The notes under the pieces: model-generated
Seen by the model: the letters and a program-made list of their open reading frames with translations, nothing else
Told to the model about the DNA's origin: nothing
Database searches by the model: none
Origin: Saccostrea cucullata
Taxonomy: Eukaryota
Reading direction: 5' to 3'
Assembly (NCBI RefSeq): GCF_032062105.1
Contig: NW_026932975.1
Span: 434,001-498,000 of the forward strand
Length of the DNA stretch: 64,000 bases
Translations under genes and position numbers: made by a program
Shown here: positions 12,001 to 23,850 of the stretch, piece after piece
How positions within the stretch are numbered: the first letter of the stretch is position 1
Layout: the number at the start of each line of letters is the position of its first letter

Positions 12001-15000
12001 TTACTTCCTTCCAATAACTGCTGAAAAAGAGGAAAAAATATTTTTAAATTTAACAAAAAATAAATAAGTACAATTTGTGTGAAGTTAGCATATTAACTAA
12101 TTTAGCTTCAGAATACCAATTCTACTTACTTAGTTCAGTACCGCTACAGTCTTCGTCTATCCTTCCGTCTCCATCGTTATCTGTAAATCCAAAAATCAGA
12201 AATAAATACTAACTGTTCACATGAAGACCTCTCTAGACTGAATGCAGCAAACACAGAAAAGTCTAGAATCGTTATGACGTCATTAGCACATCACCACAAA
12301 TAACATTAAAGATCCATATGTATATTGCGATAAAAAAACGTGTAAATCCCGCAAAACTAGTAGATCTTTAGAACGAACGAATGAACATAATAGTAACGAT
12401 GATTAGAAATTTCGAGAGAAAGGGAAATCAAAATGAACATTCTAAAAAAATTTTTTATAACAACTCTCATATGTAAAGAAATTCAAGCTACTATGAACCA
12501 CAGATATGAGTAAAAGGTAGAATAACTAAATGCTTTGGTTGATTATTGTATACAGAGGGGGTCTTTAAAACTTCGTATTGGCTTTGAAGACCAGTCTTTC
12601 GGATGGGACCGTAAAACCAAGGCCCTGCATGTGTTGTAGTATGGCACAAAAAATATTCTTCTCTACCGATCAATAGTCCTTAATATCGAGTACAAGTCTT
12701 AAATTACCATCTCTCCACCAGCGAATTATTGAATAGTGGCGCCTTTGTATGAGTGAAATATTCTCGAAGAAACGTTAAACAAACAAACGGAAAATCAACT
12801 CATTATGCAAAACATTTAAACAAACTGACGCCAGTCGTTACCTTGTCCGTCGCAATCCTCTTCGTCCAATCTCCCGTCGCAATCGTTGTCTATTTCATCG
12901 CCTTTCTTCATCGGTGGTGCGTCACATACTGGGGCTTCACTTGTGGTCGGAGCAGACGGTGAGCTCGTGACTTGAGGATGCTGAGAAATTAAACAAAATA
13001 AAATTACACAAATCATAACATAAATTGGAAATTTCAAATATTACAACAGTTTACAACTATGCAAAAATATCTATCTTTTAATAAAGTACAATTCTCAGTC
13101 ATCTTAGGTTTTCAGTAAGGCGTTGGATTCTCGACATCAAATAGCTTCTGGAATTTACACAGCCTTTCTTTCATTCACTGTTGAAATATACATGGAAAGG
13201 AAATTCGAGCGAATGTCATCGAGTGTAGCAGTGATCCAATGACAGCGTTTCGTGCGGCAAAGAGGTGGGGCTTAAGTTATCTCATGATTGTCAACAAGAG
13301 TCTAAAGTTCCTGTCAGATGTTATTGATTTTTTTAACCAATGATAATCTATGTCGCCATTTGAAAAACGCTAATTACGTAGCCGAAAATACCACGCCTAC
13401 TGAAAGTCCAAGGATGACTGAATATTGTACTACTTTCCATAACAGAGAATCTTTGCATTAAATTTAAGAGAATTTTTGTGATTTGTTGTATAATGGCACA
13501 GTGATTTTGATCTTCTCAAATACTTAAATGTCGGTCAAGTTCTAAAACAATCTTTGAACAAGCACAACTATATTACAATCTTGCAGTCAACGATAAAATC
13601 AACTTTTGAAACAGGCTTGAAATAAGGTAATCAAAGTATAAATGGATAAAAAAGATATATTTAAAGGTGACTGATTCAACAACGCTTGAATTTACAGTGC
13701 AGGACGCCTTCTGTTTAGAGCAAATTGATCAGAAACAACTCACATGAACAGGATTGATGGGATTGACTAGGAATCCTATTGGAAATCCGTACGATTCCAC
13801 ATGAGCTCTGCCAAATAGGATTCCTCCTATTGTGACGTTGGGGCTTGTGTGTGTGACGGTGTGGGTTCCTACCGTTATATTAACGTACCCTCCTACAAGG
13901 TGCGCGCCGGGTATATGCACGTACTTCTGATGGTTTGGCAGTGGTTTTCCATCTAGAAGAAGGCCACCCTTTTGATGACTGTCGATTATAAACATAAACT
14001 GATTTAGGTATTGGCCTTTTGAATACTCCGGAGTTGTAAATGTATAATCTGTGCCGTACTGCTCAATGGGAGGCACCGTGATCATTGAGGGGTCGATATC
14101 TTCATGATGGTAGGCCTGGGTTCTGGAAAACTGAAATAAGGCGATTGGTTCACTGGCCACTACATGGGAGTACAGGAAGGAACTATAGACTTTTTGCACA
14201 AAGTCTCCGGCATGAGGAATGGTAAAGTTGTCAGTGAAGAGTGTTCCGTTAATTTTACCTTTCACCGATACTTTTGTGTTGTCTTTGCTTGCCACAAATC
14301 GAAACTCATCACCAACCGATCTCGCTGGGATGGGTACCGTTGCAAAATTTTTGCCCCATGACTGTACTGGCATCAACATTTCTGTTAGATGATCACGTGA
14401 CCCACCCGTGTTACCAACTATGGTTTTCTTGTTACCACTGATGACTCCGACAGGAAGACTTGAAATCACGTGACTTCCTGTTAGATCACCAACGGAGCTT
14501 ACTTGAAAGGTTTGGTATTTGTTCATAGTAACGTTTATCCAATCATTTTTGTGATACACGTGATTGTTGTACGTCACTTGAACTCCGTCTCGGTTCGGAA
14601 GCTGTATGGACACGTGTGTGTTGTCATTTCCAGAGATAACTGCAAACACGCAATAGTAGTAGGCCGGTGCGTATGAGATGGTGTAATACTCTGTACCTAA
14701 TACGTCTGTTGGTAAGGCTAGGTAGGCGTCATCTGATGCCGTCTCTCTGTTGACGCCGTAGACAACTATCTCATCATCAGTTGTTATTTTGATGGCTTTG
14801 TTGACCAGTTCGGTATGGTTCAAACGAAAATGAGGATCGACTTCCACCTTGTGGACAACACCGCGGGTCACAACAAAGGACATGTGGATTCTAGGATTTG
14901 TGGAGCCTGGGGAATTGACGTGAACATGGACTGGGTGATTACTGGCGGTAGTAATAAATAGTTCTGGACTGATGTCAAGTTTTGGATTGTGAAAGTTGTC

Positions 15001-15174
15001 CAAAAACGCAACAATGAATTTTGTTCCCGTTATCCAATGCAGCTTAAAGATAAAAAAATTTATTGAAGACAGGACAGGATTTGTTGGTGTACATTGTAAA
15101 AAATAAGAATCTGTACATAACTCACAGTACACCAAAGGAAGGAAAAATAGTCCAATACACAAAATGGACTTCAT
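12001..15174 (-). CDS. Secreted IgGFc-binding-domain protein, paralog 1 (apparent 2-nt frameshift at start of exon 2; possible pseudogene allele or assembly error)
   Basis: Exons 15174-15126 (MKSILCIGLFFLPLVY), 15042-13744 (IgGFc_binding domain), 12980-12842 (S/T/P linker plus CDAPPMKKGDEIDNDCDGRLDEEDCDGQ), 12180-12130 (DNDGDGRIDEDCSGTEL), 12020-12001 (TVIGRK*). Spliced length is 1558 nt, not a multiple of 3. Confidence 0.85.
12590..12790 (+). mobile_element. Diverged SINE 3' part
   Basis: TCTTTCGGATGGGACCGTAAAACC...ATGAGTGAAATATTCTCG...ACGTTAAACAAACAAAC resembles the reverse complement of the 11064 SINE. Confidence 0.6.
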
Positions 15175-15195
15175 TTTGTATACAACTGGAGATAA

Positions 15196-15232
15196 GACTG
15201 ACAAGTTTCGAGACGGATTACCTAATTATATA
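15196..15232 (-). promoter_or_regulatory. Putative TATA plus Inr core promoter of IgGFc-binding paralog 1
   Basis: Minus-strand TATATAA (15232-15226) lies about 30 nt upstream of a TCAGTC initiator-like motif (15201-15196), which is about 25 nt before the ATG. Confidence 0.45.
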
Positions 15233-16010
15233 ACGTACATTTATACGTGGGCCTACATGTACGTGAATGATGGTCAGATGTTCAATGCTTACTTGGAAAA
15301 GAGGGGTCAGAAAATAGGCCAATTTTCGATTTTTTTTTTTTTTTATTATTTTTTTTTTAATGATCTATGATCACATTCGTCTTGAATTTTTTTATCACAG
15401 AAAGTCGCAGACTTAGATACAATGTCTGTACTAATAATTTTTCTGGTATATGAATTTCCACCCCCAACATTCCGCCTCCAACTTGGCTCATGCGGTGCAT
15501 AAAATATCCTTCAACTTTCCGGAATATCGAGTTATCTCTCCTTTGAGTGATAAAGTAATTTGGTTTGTGAAAAAAAGTTTGTTGCAGATATTAATCTTGG
15601 GAAAGAGGGGACAAATAATACATTGAGAATTCTACTATTCAATCAAATTTTCACCGCCATTTAATTTTTTTCATCCCTAAATTGCGGATAAAATTTAAAA
15701 GACATTCCACAAATGGGGATATAAATGTCATTCTTTAAATCTAATTACCGGTAATGCGAACAGTAATATTTCTCTTTCATATATAGAGAGGAAAGACATG
15801 GATCGCTACATTTGACAAAATCTTATGTTATTATTCCTAATGTCAGTGTATTGTTTTACTTTCAATCTGGTCTGGGAAATCAGGAAAACTAGGTAAAGCT
15901 TTTCAGTGGACAATTTATTTCATATTTGTAAATTGATGAAATATCTGTGTAATAACCCTTTAAAAAAATTAAGATTTTTAAAAATTTTATTATGAAAATG
16001 TTTAGTTTTG

Positions 16011-17557
16011 ATGGCGGTTGACGGTTCTCAGAGAAACGAAGACTGGCAATCCTTCCGATCTGTTACCGACTGCAATAAGTACATGCTGACCAATGAAATT
16101 AATTGTGACATCACTTTCTTGATCGGAAGAGAGCGACAGCGCATGTCCGCCCATAAATATGTTCTTGCGAGTCGAAGCTCTGTCTTTTTTGCCATGTTTT
16201 ACGGTCCTGTGGCTGAAACAAATACTGAAATTGCGATTCCTGATTTGAAACCAAACATTTTTGCCTCTCTCCTGCGGTAGGCTAGTATACACAACCTAAA
16301 GTAATATGATAAAATAAAAATTAATATTCTGAGCACTAAATACGAGTAGTATGGAAAAGAAAATTTTTGAGTTCTTGAAATTTAGTTACCACAAATCCTG
16401 TATTTATCATTTAATTTTTTTCACATTCCTCGTTCTCTTTCAGTTTTCTGTATTATGAAGATTTGACTGTTCAAACGAATAATGCTCCAGATTTGCTTTA
16501 CGCAGCAAACAAATATGGTCTGATGAAAATTGTGAAAAAATGCAAAAAGATTCTGGAAGAGACAATGTCGGTCTCCAATGTCTGCAGTATCATGGAAAGT
16601 GCTCACACTTTTAACGACGCAGAACTACTCCGGAAGTGTCGAGAATTTTTCTATAAAGAGTCCGTGAAATGTATCCAATCAGAATCCTTTTTAGATCTCT
16701 GTGCAGAATGTATAGATAACATCATTTCCTCTGACGAACTTACCGTAGAGGAGTACTTGATTTTAGAGAGGGTTCTTGAGTGGGCAGATGCTGAGTGTGT
16801 TCGGAAAGACAAAGATTTAAATGATGCCAACAGACGACAGGCCCTCGGTAAAATCTTGAATCACATCAGGTTCCCTATCATGGATTCAAAATATTTTGCC
16901 GAAAATGTAGCTTGTCGTGAAATACTGTCAAAATCGGAAAGGCTTGCTATTTTCACTTTTATATGCAGCGGTCATAAATCTCAGACTGATTGTAATTTTA
17001 AGACATCCAAACGGAGAGGAAGATATGCGAGATCTAGTTCTTCGAGGCAAAATGCCCACATGTCACAAAGTAACAGACAAAGAGTGGCGATGCGATTTGC
17101 GCGCGAAGGACACGTTTCACTTAGGAACGAAAATCTTTGGTATGTGGGACAGAAATCCGATAAAATTGACTTTACGTCTTCCAAGACAATATATATTCAT
17201 GGAATCGTGATGTACGGCTGTGGAATTGAGGGGACAGAGTACAGCGTGAATGCCTCCATCCTTAGAACTGGTTTACCATTTCTTTCCAATGAACTTTCCC
17301 ACGTGAGCACAACGGTTCCTGTGAGAGTACCATATAAAACCTTCAACGTATTCTTTCCGGAACCTGTGCACATTTCACCGAATATAAAGTACACGATATC
17401 TGTGACCATGCAGGGTCCACGAAGCTACTGGGGAGAAGGAGGTGAGGAATCCGTAACTAGTGACGGTGTTCAGTTCGACTTTCACAAATCGTCAGGGGAG
17501 GCAAATGGAACAGATGTGGATCACGGTCAAATTCCTGGACTTATATTCATTAAATAG
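16011..17557 (+). CDS. BTB/POZ-BACK-PHR domain protein (BTBD1/2/3/6-like Cullin-3 adaptor), about 459 aa
   Basis: Exons 16011-16276 (CDITFLIG...SAHKYVLASRSSVFFAMFYG, BTB) and 16444-17557, joined in phase 2 (CG|gtaggc...cag|T). BACK region (LEWADAEC...IRFPIM) and PHR C-terminus (NGTDVDHGQIPGLIF). Confidence 0.9.
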
Positions 17558-17959
17558 ATCTGAATTTGCTTGCGTCTATAAGCTACTTATTTTTATTTTT
17601 ACACTCTCATTGGGTGACTATGGATATCTAAGTGTACAATGAAGGTACATTATTAGTTCTTTACTGGAAGGGACCATAGGTTTCCCCCTCGTCCTTCCTT
17701 CCATCTATCTGTATGTTCTTTATCGAACTAACGAGAAACTAAGGCTTATTATTAATTAATCTCTTTTTTTAAATTTGCAGTTTTGCCCAGGACTAGGTGT
17801 ATTTTGCCTAATCTGACGCTAAATATAACCAGGTATCTCGAAATAATTTGAAATCTAATCGTTTGTTAATGTAATGAAATTTGTGTTCTAACTGTAATGC
17901 TTGCTGGTCTGTTATTACGCCTATACAGAATATTTCTTTGCATGTCGATTTAAAACTTA

Positions 17960-18106
17960 CAGTCAAAACTATCTCGAACTCGACAGGACCTTGGAAAACT
18001 TCGGGATGTCGAGAGTCAAATACAACAAATGATTAGGACCTCCATTTCACTGCGACATATCCATGGTACACGATGTATCGGTGACTGAGATACCGAAGTT
18101 TTACTG
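17960..18106. mobile_element. Tc1/mariner-type MITE
   Basis: TA|CAGTCAAAACT ... AGTTTTACTG|TA. Confidence 0.7.
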
Positions 18107-21100
18107 TACAATAACAAATGAAATTATGACCTGTCAAATTTTTTCTTTCTGAATTTATACTCGTTTAGTTCTAGCCTTGTTTCAGTTATGGAAACAATTA
18201 CTATATATTGAGATGTTTACCATTCTTACTCTGAATTTTTTTTATAAATATGGACATTTAAGTATAACTTGGATTTATAGTATTCGTTTGAACGGCGGGT
18301 TGTGTACAGCTTTTGGCGGGAGTGTGAAATGGAGTATTTGCTGTTCCGATTTTATTTCAGGTTGTGGATCGAATGGCGATCAGAAATGATTTTGTCTATA
18401 GTTTAGAATGTCAAGTTATTTACAGAGTGTATCATTCATTATATAACAAAGTTTTGTTCATCATCAAAACATATTGATTGCAGTGATACATATCCGAGTA
18501 TGACATTGCTATTAAACATTAAAAAAAAACATCACCAATGTTTTTGTTGTTTATCAAGACATTTTATATATAGAAGCGCAAGCAAACAATTTTAACTCCA
18601 TATCTATTAATTATTCATTGTGATTTTTTAAAGTTTAGCGATCTATTCTTGAAATTTGATCGAACGTTATTGGACTAAACATTTAAAACAGGCAATAAGA
18701 AGAGATAATTGCTAGATAAGTCTTGATTTTTTTGTTTGTTACGGACACCTCGGAAGAGTAATTTTCAAAACAATGATTACTCTGGGTGCATTGTAGTAAT
18801 TCAAGGTAAAAAAAAAAGCTTTCTAACTTTGACTTTTCAATAGAACGCGTTGCACGGAATGCTCTTATTTAATTGTTTGCATTTCTTTTATTTTAACTGT
18901 TTTGTTTAAAGCAATGAGGCTTTTCGTCTCTGAAACTTCTTCAGCCACGTGAAATTGTGGAATATTAATCAGAATGGACATCCTGATAAAAGCAACAGGT
19001 AAGGCATACAAAAAATATCTTATGTGCTTCATTGCATTTATTTATTGATGGAAAAATTTATTTCATGTAGAGGGTTTAAAAATGTTCACGTCGTACTCTT
19101 GGAGTTGTTCTCCCTGCTTTTCTGATTTTTTTTTTCGTAAGAACAACGTGTAATCTGTCCAAAGACGGGAAAATCTCACATTCTGATGGAATAACACGAA
19201 CATTTAAAGCTAAATGCCGGATTATTGATATTCAATAAATCAGAAATCCATATTCGGATTTAAGCGTTATTCAATTCAATCATTATCGACCACTTTTACT
19301 TCTCCTTCAACAAATATTAAAAGAATCTTTAAAAATACGCTGCATTTCTAACTATGGTTTTCACATTTTTTTTAAATTAAAATAGAAAAAGTTTTGTAAC
19401 GTTTTTCTAAAAAATTCATAACACCAACTTTTTTTTATTTTTTAGTAAAAAAATCTGTGCATGGGAAAACACTTCATTTACACCCATATAAAATTTCCAT
19501 TATGAAATAAAATTAATGAACAAGATTTTTTCAAACAAAAAATTGTGAAAAAATACTAGAGTAGTTTTGTGTATAACCTAATTTAAGAAAAAAACAGCGA
19601 TGATGTTAATTAATAAGACAGCATTTAGGTAGCACAAAAATTAAAAGAAATGATTTTTCTAGCTGCAGGCCATCCAATACATTATTTTTCCAGAGAGCTA
19701 CAGTGTTGCAACTATGCTTTTCCATGAGGCCTTATGGCTCAACTTTTTCTTTTTCGTATTTCTCGAACAACCGAGTACCTTTTTTCATGTTAATTTTTTT
19801 TATTTTATAAAAAGTGATACGCTATTAAGTTATTGAATATAATTTTTTTTCCATCAGACATGTCTTTTCATGACGGAATCATATTATACGTGCACATGCG
19901 TAAATTCACATAACTCGATATGCTTTTAAGAGATGTTTTAGTTCAGTGGAAACTCAATCGATGATTCCATTGAATATTGATATGCACATTGTTTGCAGAG
20001 CTTGGTTGTACAACTTGGTATTTGTCTAACATTTAAGTTCTTTCATTTGAGATAGAGTTGCATTCATCATATCCTTGAAATCTTTTTCCGATAGATTTAT
20101 GGTCCATATTTTCTAAGCCGGGATTAGGATGAGGTATAAGTATTTGCTCTAGACCAGGGGGTACAGTATGAGATGTTTACGAGTGATTTTCTCACATTCT
20201 ACGCATACACTGTCCTTCACCCGATGCCATTTTAAACTGTATTGATGACTGAGATATGATATTTAATTGCATTTGTAAGAATTCATTGGTAAAATGATAT
20301 AAAGTTTGTATGAAACAAGGGCACCGCAAAGCGGAGCATCCCTTCTCACAGAGCATATCAGCATTGATTCTACATCGATCTTGAAAATATGTTTTGAAAA
20401 TCTTCAGATTTGTGCTTATCTTAGGTTTTTTTTATCTTGTTATCAAACAATTTCTGGCTTAACTTTAGATTTAGCTTACCTGAGCCAAAGTGAATCAAAT
20501 CAGTTGATTTGTTGGTCTGTTTTGTCACTGTAATTTTTATAAAATTCTCCATAACCAGTGAGCCAATTTAAACCAAACTTTACACATCTTAACTTATGAG
20601 TGCAAATATGAGGGTAAAAATGTTATAAAATGGCATACATGCATTATCATACAATTAAAATCAAATCTAAGTTCTGAGAATTATCTAATATATTAGAAGA
20701 TGACAATCTAATTTAAATAAGGTAAAGTTGAAATTGCTTAGAATACCACGGTATTTTCACTGGTGGTCGTTTTACAAAGTAATGGAGAAATAAATCAGCA
20801 ATGAAAAGCTTATATATACCTCTTTGTACTACTTATCTTATAAATCTACAGCTAGTTTTTGGTGTGTCATCTTCTTCACTGCATTTCAATATCCAAATGT
20901 ATTTTTAAAATAAAAAGTAAGATGTTATCGAAAGGTGGAGTAAATTCAAGATAATCAAACGGCATTTGTTGCTTTCTAAAAATATCGCGTACCTTGTAAC
21001 GAATGTCTTCATTATTTTACGACTAGAAATTAAATCTAAAACACCCTTTTAAGATTTGAACTGCAAGGTTGGCTGTAAAGCAAATACAGATTTAGTACAG

Positions 21101-21186
21101 ATGGCTATTTCTCTTTTTGGTTTTTAACAATGTTTACATAACTCTTACGCAAATTCAAGATTTTTGAAATAAGGTGGTTCTTTAAT

Positions 21187-21254
21187 ATGACAGCTCTTTT
21201 CAAGGCCAGCCCTTTACACACATGGAAGTTCATTAACGGTATATTATCTCTAAG
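21187..21254 (+). CDS. Candidate alternative first exon V1 (MTALFKASPLHTWKFINGILSL-R)
   Basis: ATG, open to AG|gtaatt, phase 2. Confidence 0.35.
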
Positions 21255-21966
21255 GTAATTGCATGGATTTCTTAAGGAAACGCACTCGAAGACACCTCTT
21301 TGCATTATAACAAATTATATACGAAACTTTTTAATTTATTTTTTTGTGGCCCATACTGACGATAAGTTGTTAATTACGAAACTGGCAAGGGGGTGGAATG
21401 ACTCTCCAGCGAGCAATGACGGAACTCTTTAATCTTGATAGTGCTTCTATACTAACTGGCAACACAATCGTAACTGCGCACCCTACCCTGTACTCGATGT
21501 GGTAGCGATAGTGCAAAGTGAGAATACGCATGATAATTTATATTGCACCATTTCAAACTGCTGTAAAAGCAACCCTTCGATTGTACCGTCTCATTTAGGG
21601 ATTGTCAAAAACATTGAAATTTATTTCCAGAGAATCGACACTATAGGGAGACTTATCAAACAGTGGAGAAAAAGGGTTTTAAAATCTGTCTGTGTCAATT
21701 CAAGTCTGCTTTTTAACTAGGATTACTCAATTGCACGAGAGAGGATTCAGTTTTTAATATGTAGGCTTAAAACGAAGTCTAAACGGATTTTTTCTGATCA
21801 TTTATGAAAAGATAAGACAATCAATGGCAGATTCTCCGCTCGCTGATTTGCGGCACGACCTGGTCAATGCCACGAACGTTAGTCAGTCGTCTGCGTTGAG
21901 CGCATCACACGGATCAAATAAGCTGTATCCGGAATAATGATTTGGTAATTAGCAAAGTATACAAGC

Positions 21967-22049
21967 ATGAAGGAACGGAACTTGTTTATGTGCTCCTTTC
22001 AAGAATTGTCACTTCCGGATATCACTCCAACAAGAGGACCGGAAGCGAG
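21967..22049 (+). CDS. Candidate alternative first exon V2 (MKERNLFMCSFQELSLPDITPTRGPEA-R)
   Basis: agcATG, open to AG|gtaatg, phase 2, in a locally GC-richer island. Confidence 0.45.
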
Positions 22050-23634
22050 GTAATGTTACTATCAATCGCCTTGTTCGTATTTAGGCTGTCATTAATTTTG
22101 CAAAATTCCTAAATTTTAAATTTATGTGGATTTTTTGAAAGATTGGTACTCTGTAAAATCACACCTGTGAAACTGCCTTGTTCATATTATACATGTACCA
22201 ACATTTAATTGTCAAGACAATAATATTTCTTTTTTTTTCTGAAATAGTTCCATTAATTTAAATATATTTAATATCTATATTTTTCAACTATTTTTCAATT
22301 AGGATTAAAAATAGCTTTAATGTTCCTCTGCGCTTCATAAGACAAAGAGATTGTGTATAGAATTGTTAATCAAAACATAACAACTTTAGAAAGAAAACTT
22401 TGAACGCGATGATATGCAAAATTCTATTTTAACGACAATAACCTCATTTTGAATGTGATAACTACTTTGAAATTACTCCATTTTTTGAAGCAATTTTATT
22501 CATTAGCAAAATCGATGAATTGATTTTGATTTTGAAATTCTCATTATAAGTGCAATGTTACTTTATACCCTGAAAATATCGCCAATATAATTGTGATTTT
22601 TACGTGATACTTCGTTCTATTGTAATTGTTAAATGCAGCTTGCATTCTGCATTTAAATACATGTATAATGGATTAATGGTTTAACTACGTGTTTTTTCTC
22701 AAAATATGACATTATAATGGATTTAAGATTTAAAATTATTGAACAAAAAAGAATTGAAGGTTGATATAAATTGTATTCGTTATGAATTCATATCCAAACT
22801 TTAACATTCCCGTATTTATTGACTTATTTCTTCAATCTCAGCACAACCTATAATTATTTTGATATTGCCGCGATTGAAAAGGGGCCATTTACTTGAATGC
22901 TAATATGTATATAATTTTACAGCTGTTTTAAAACACAAAAAAAGGTTTTTACCCGGACATTTATCATTTAAAGTGGTGAATGTGACTCAATCATCCGATT
23001 AAATTGACACGATTTACATTTCTTTTCCTCAATGTAAATATGAAAAACATGATTCAGATATGTAGAATATGATTTATCATTTTCTTTATCATAAAGGTGA
23101 AAACCTTTTCACATAACGTTCGCATTTTTCTTTGACATGCTAGTTTTTATCGGAATTTTGCACTTTTAATTCTCTACTTTATTGGACCAACACCAGAATT
23201 CTTTAGACTCGTCCTTTACCATTCATTTATTTGACATTTTTGTTCCTATTGCCTAAAGAAATTCAAACAAGAAAACGCCTTTTTACCAAACTATTTCTTT
23301 ACTATTCCTAGTTTTGTGATATCGATGCACTGTACACAGGTTATTCTGATTCCGCGTTATGCAACTCTTAATTGCATGATGAATGCTTAGGTTTGTTCAC
23401 TAACGATTTTTCAGAAATCGGTAAACATTTTTTTCGATGTTATCTCTGGAATCATTTGAATTGAGGTTTATAGACAGTAGATGTAGAGTACTTTACGAGC
23501 TGGGCTTCATGAATCCTGAGATTTCTAATATATTTTTTTAAAGGATCAAATCTTGGTTCTTATGGCTTTGAGTAATTAATCTAAACAGCACATACTTCTT
23601 TGGTTTTATTGAAAATGCCGTGATTATAATCATT

Positions 23635-23705
23635 CATCTTCGCAAGCCAAGGGTTTTCGGTCCGTAACACTCCCACGGACCGAAAACCTTTGGCTTGCGA
23701 AGATG
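23635..23705. mobile_element. 71-bp hairpin mini-element with 9-bp TSD
   Basis: 31-bp arms with 1 mismatch and a 9-nt loop, flanked by ATAATCATT direct repeats. Confidence 0.8.
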
Positions 23706-23800
23706 ATAATCATTGAATTTCTGAACTTTCTTTGCTGTCTTTGATTTATAATCTTTTTTGCAACCTTTATGTAGTAGAAAATGTATACGTCACAGTTGGA

Positions 23801-23850
23801 ATGACGTCATTTCTTCCATTAGTGCATCTTTTTGTCAAGAGGAAATGTAT
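23801..23850 (+). CDS. Candidate alternative first exon V3 (MTSFLPLVHLFVKRKC-I)
   Basis: ATG, open to AT|gtaagt, phase 2. Confidence 0.35.

Noticed and set aside
1-15174. One long multi-domain FCGBP-like gene (phase-1 junctions would allow it)
   Set aside because: Each domain has its own signal-peptide exon, and paralogs 1 and 2 have their own stop-containing terminal exon. Read-through splicing is not formally excluded.
18974-18998. MDILIKAT exon with a strong donor as a coding variable exon
   Set aside because: Phase 1, incompatible with the 33014 acceptor; at most a non-coding or uORF-bearing first exon. The phase-0 segment 26760-26813 was excluded for the same reason.
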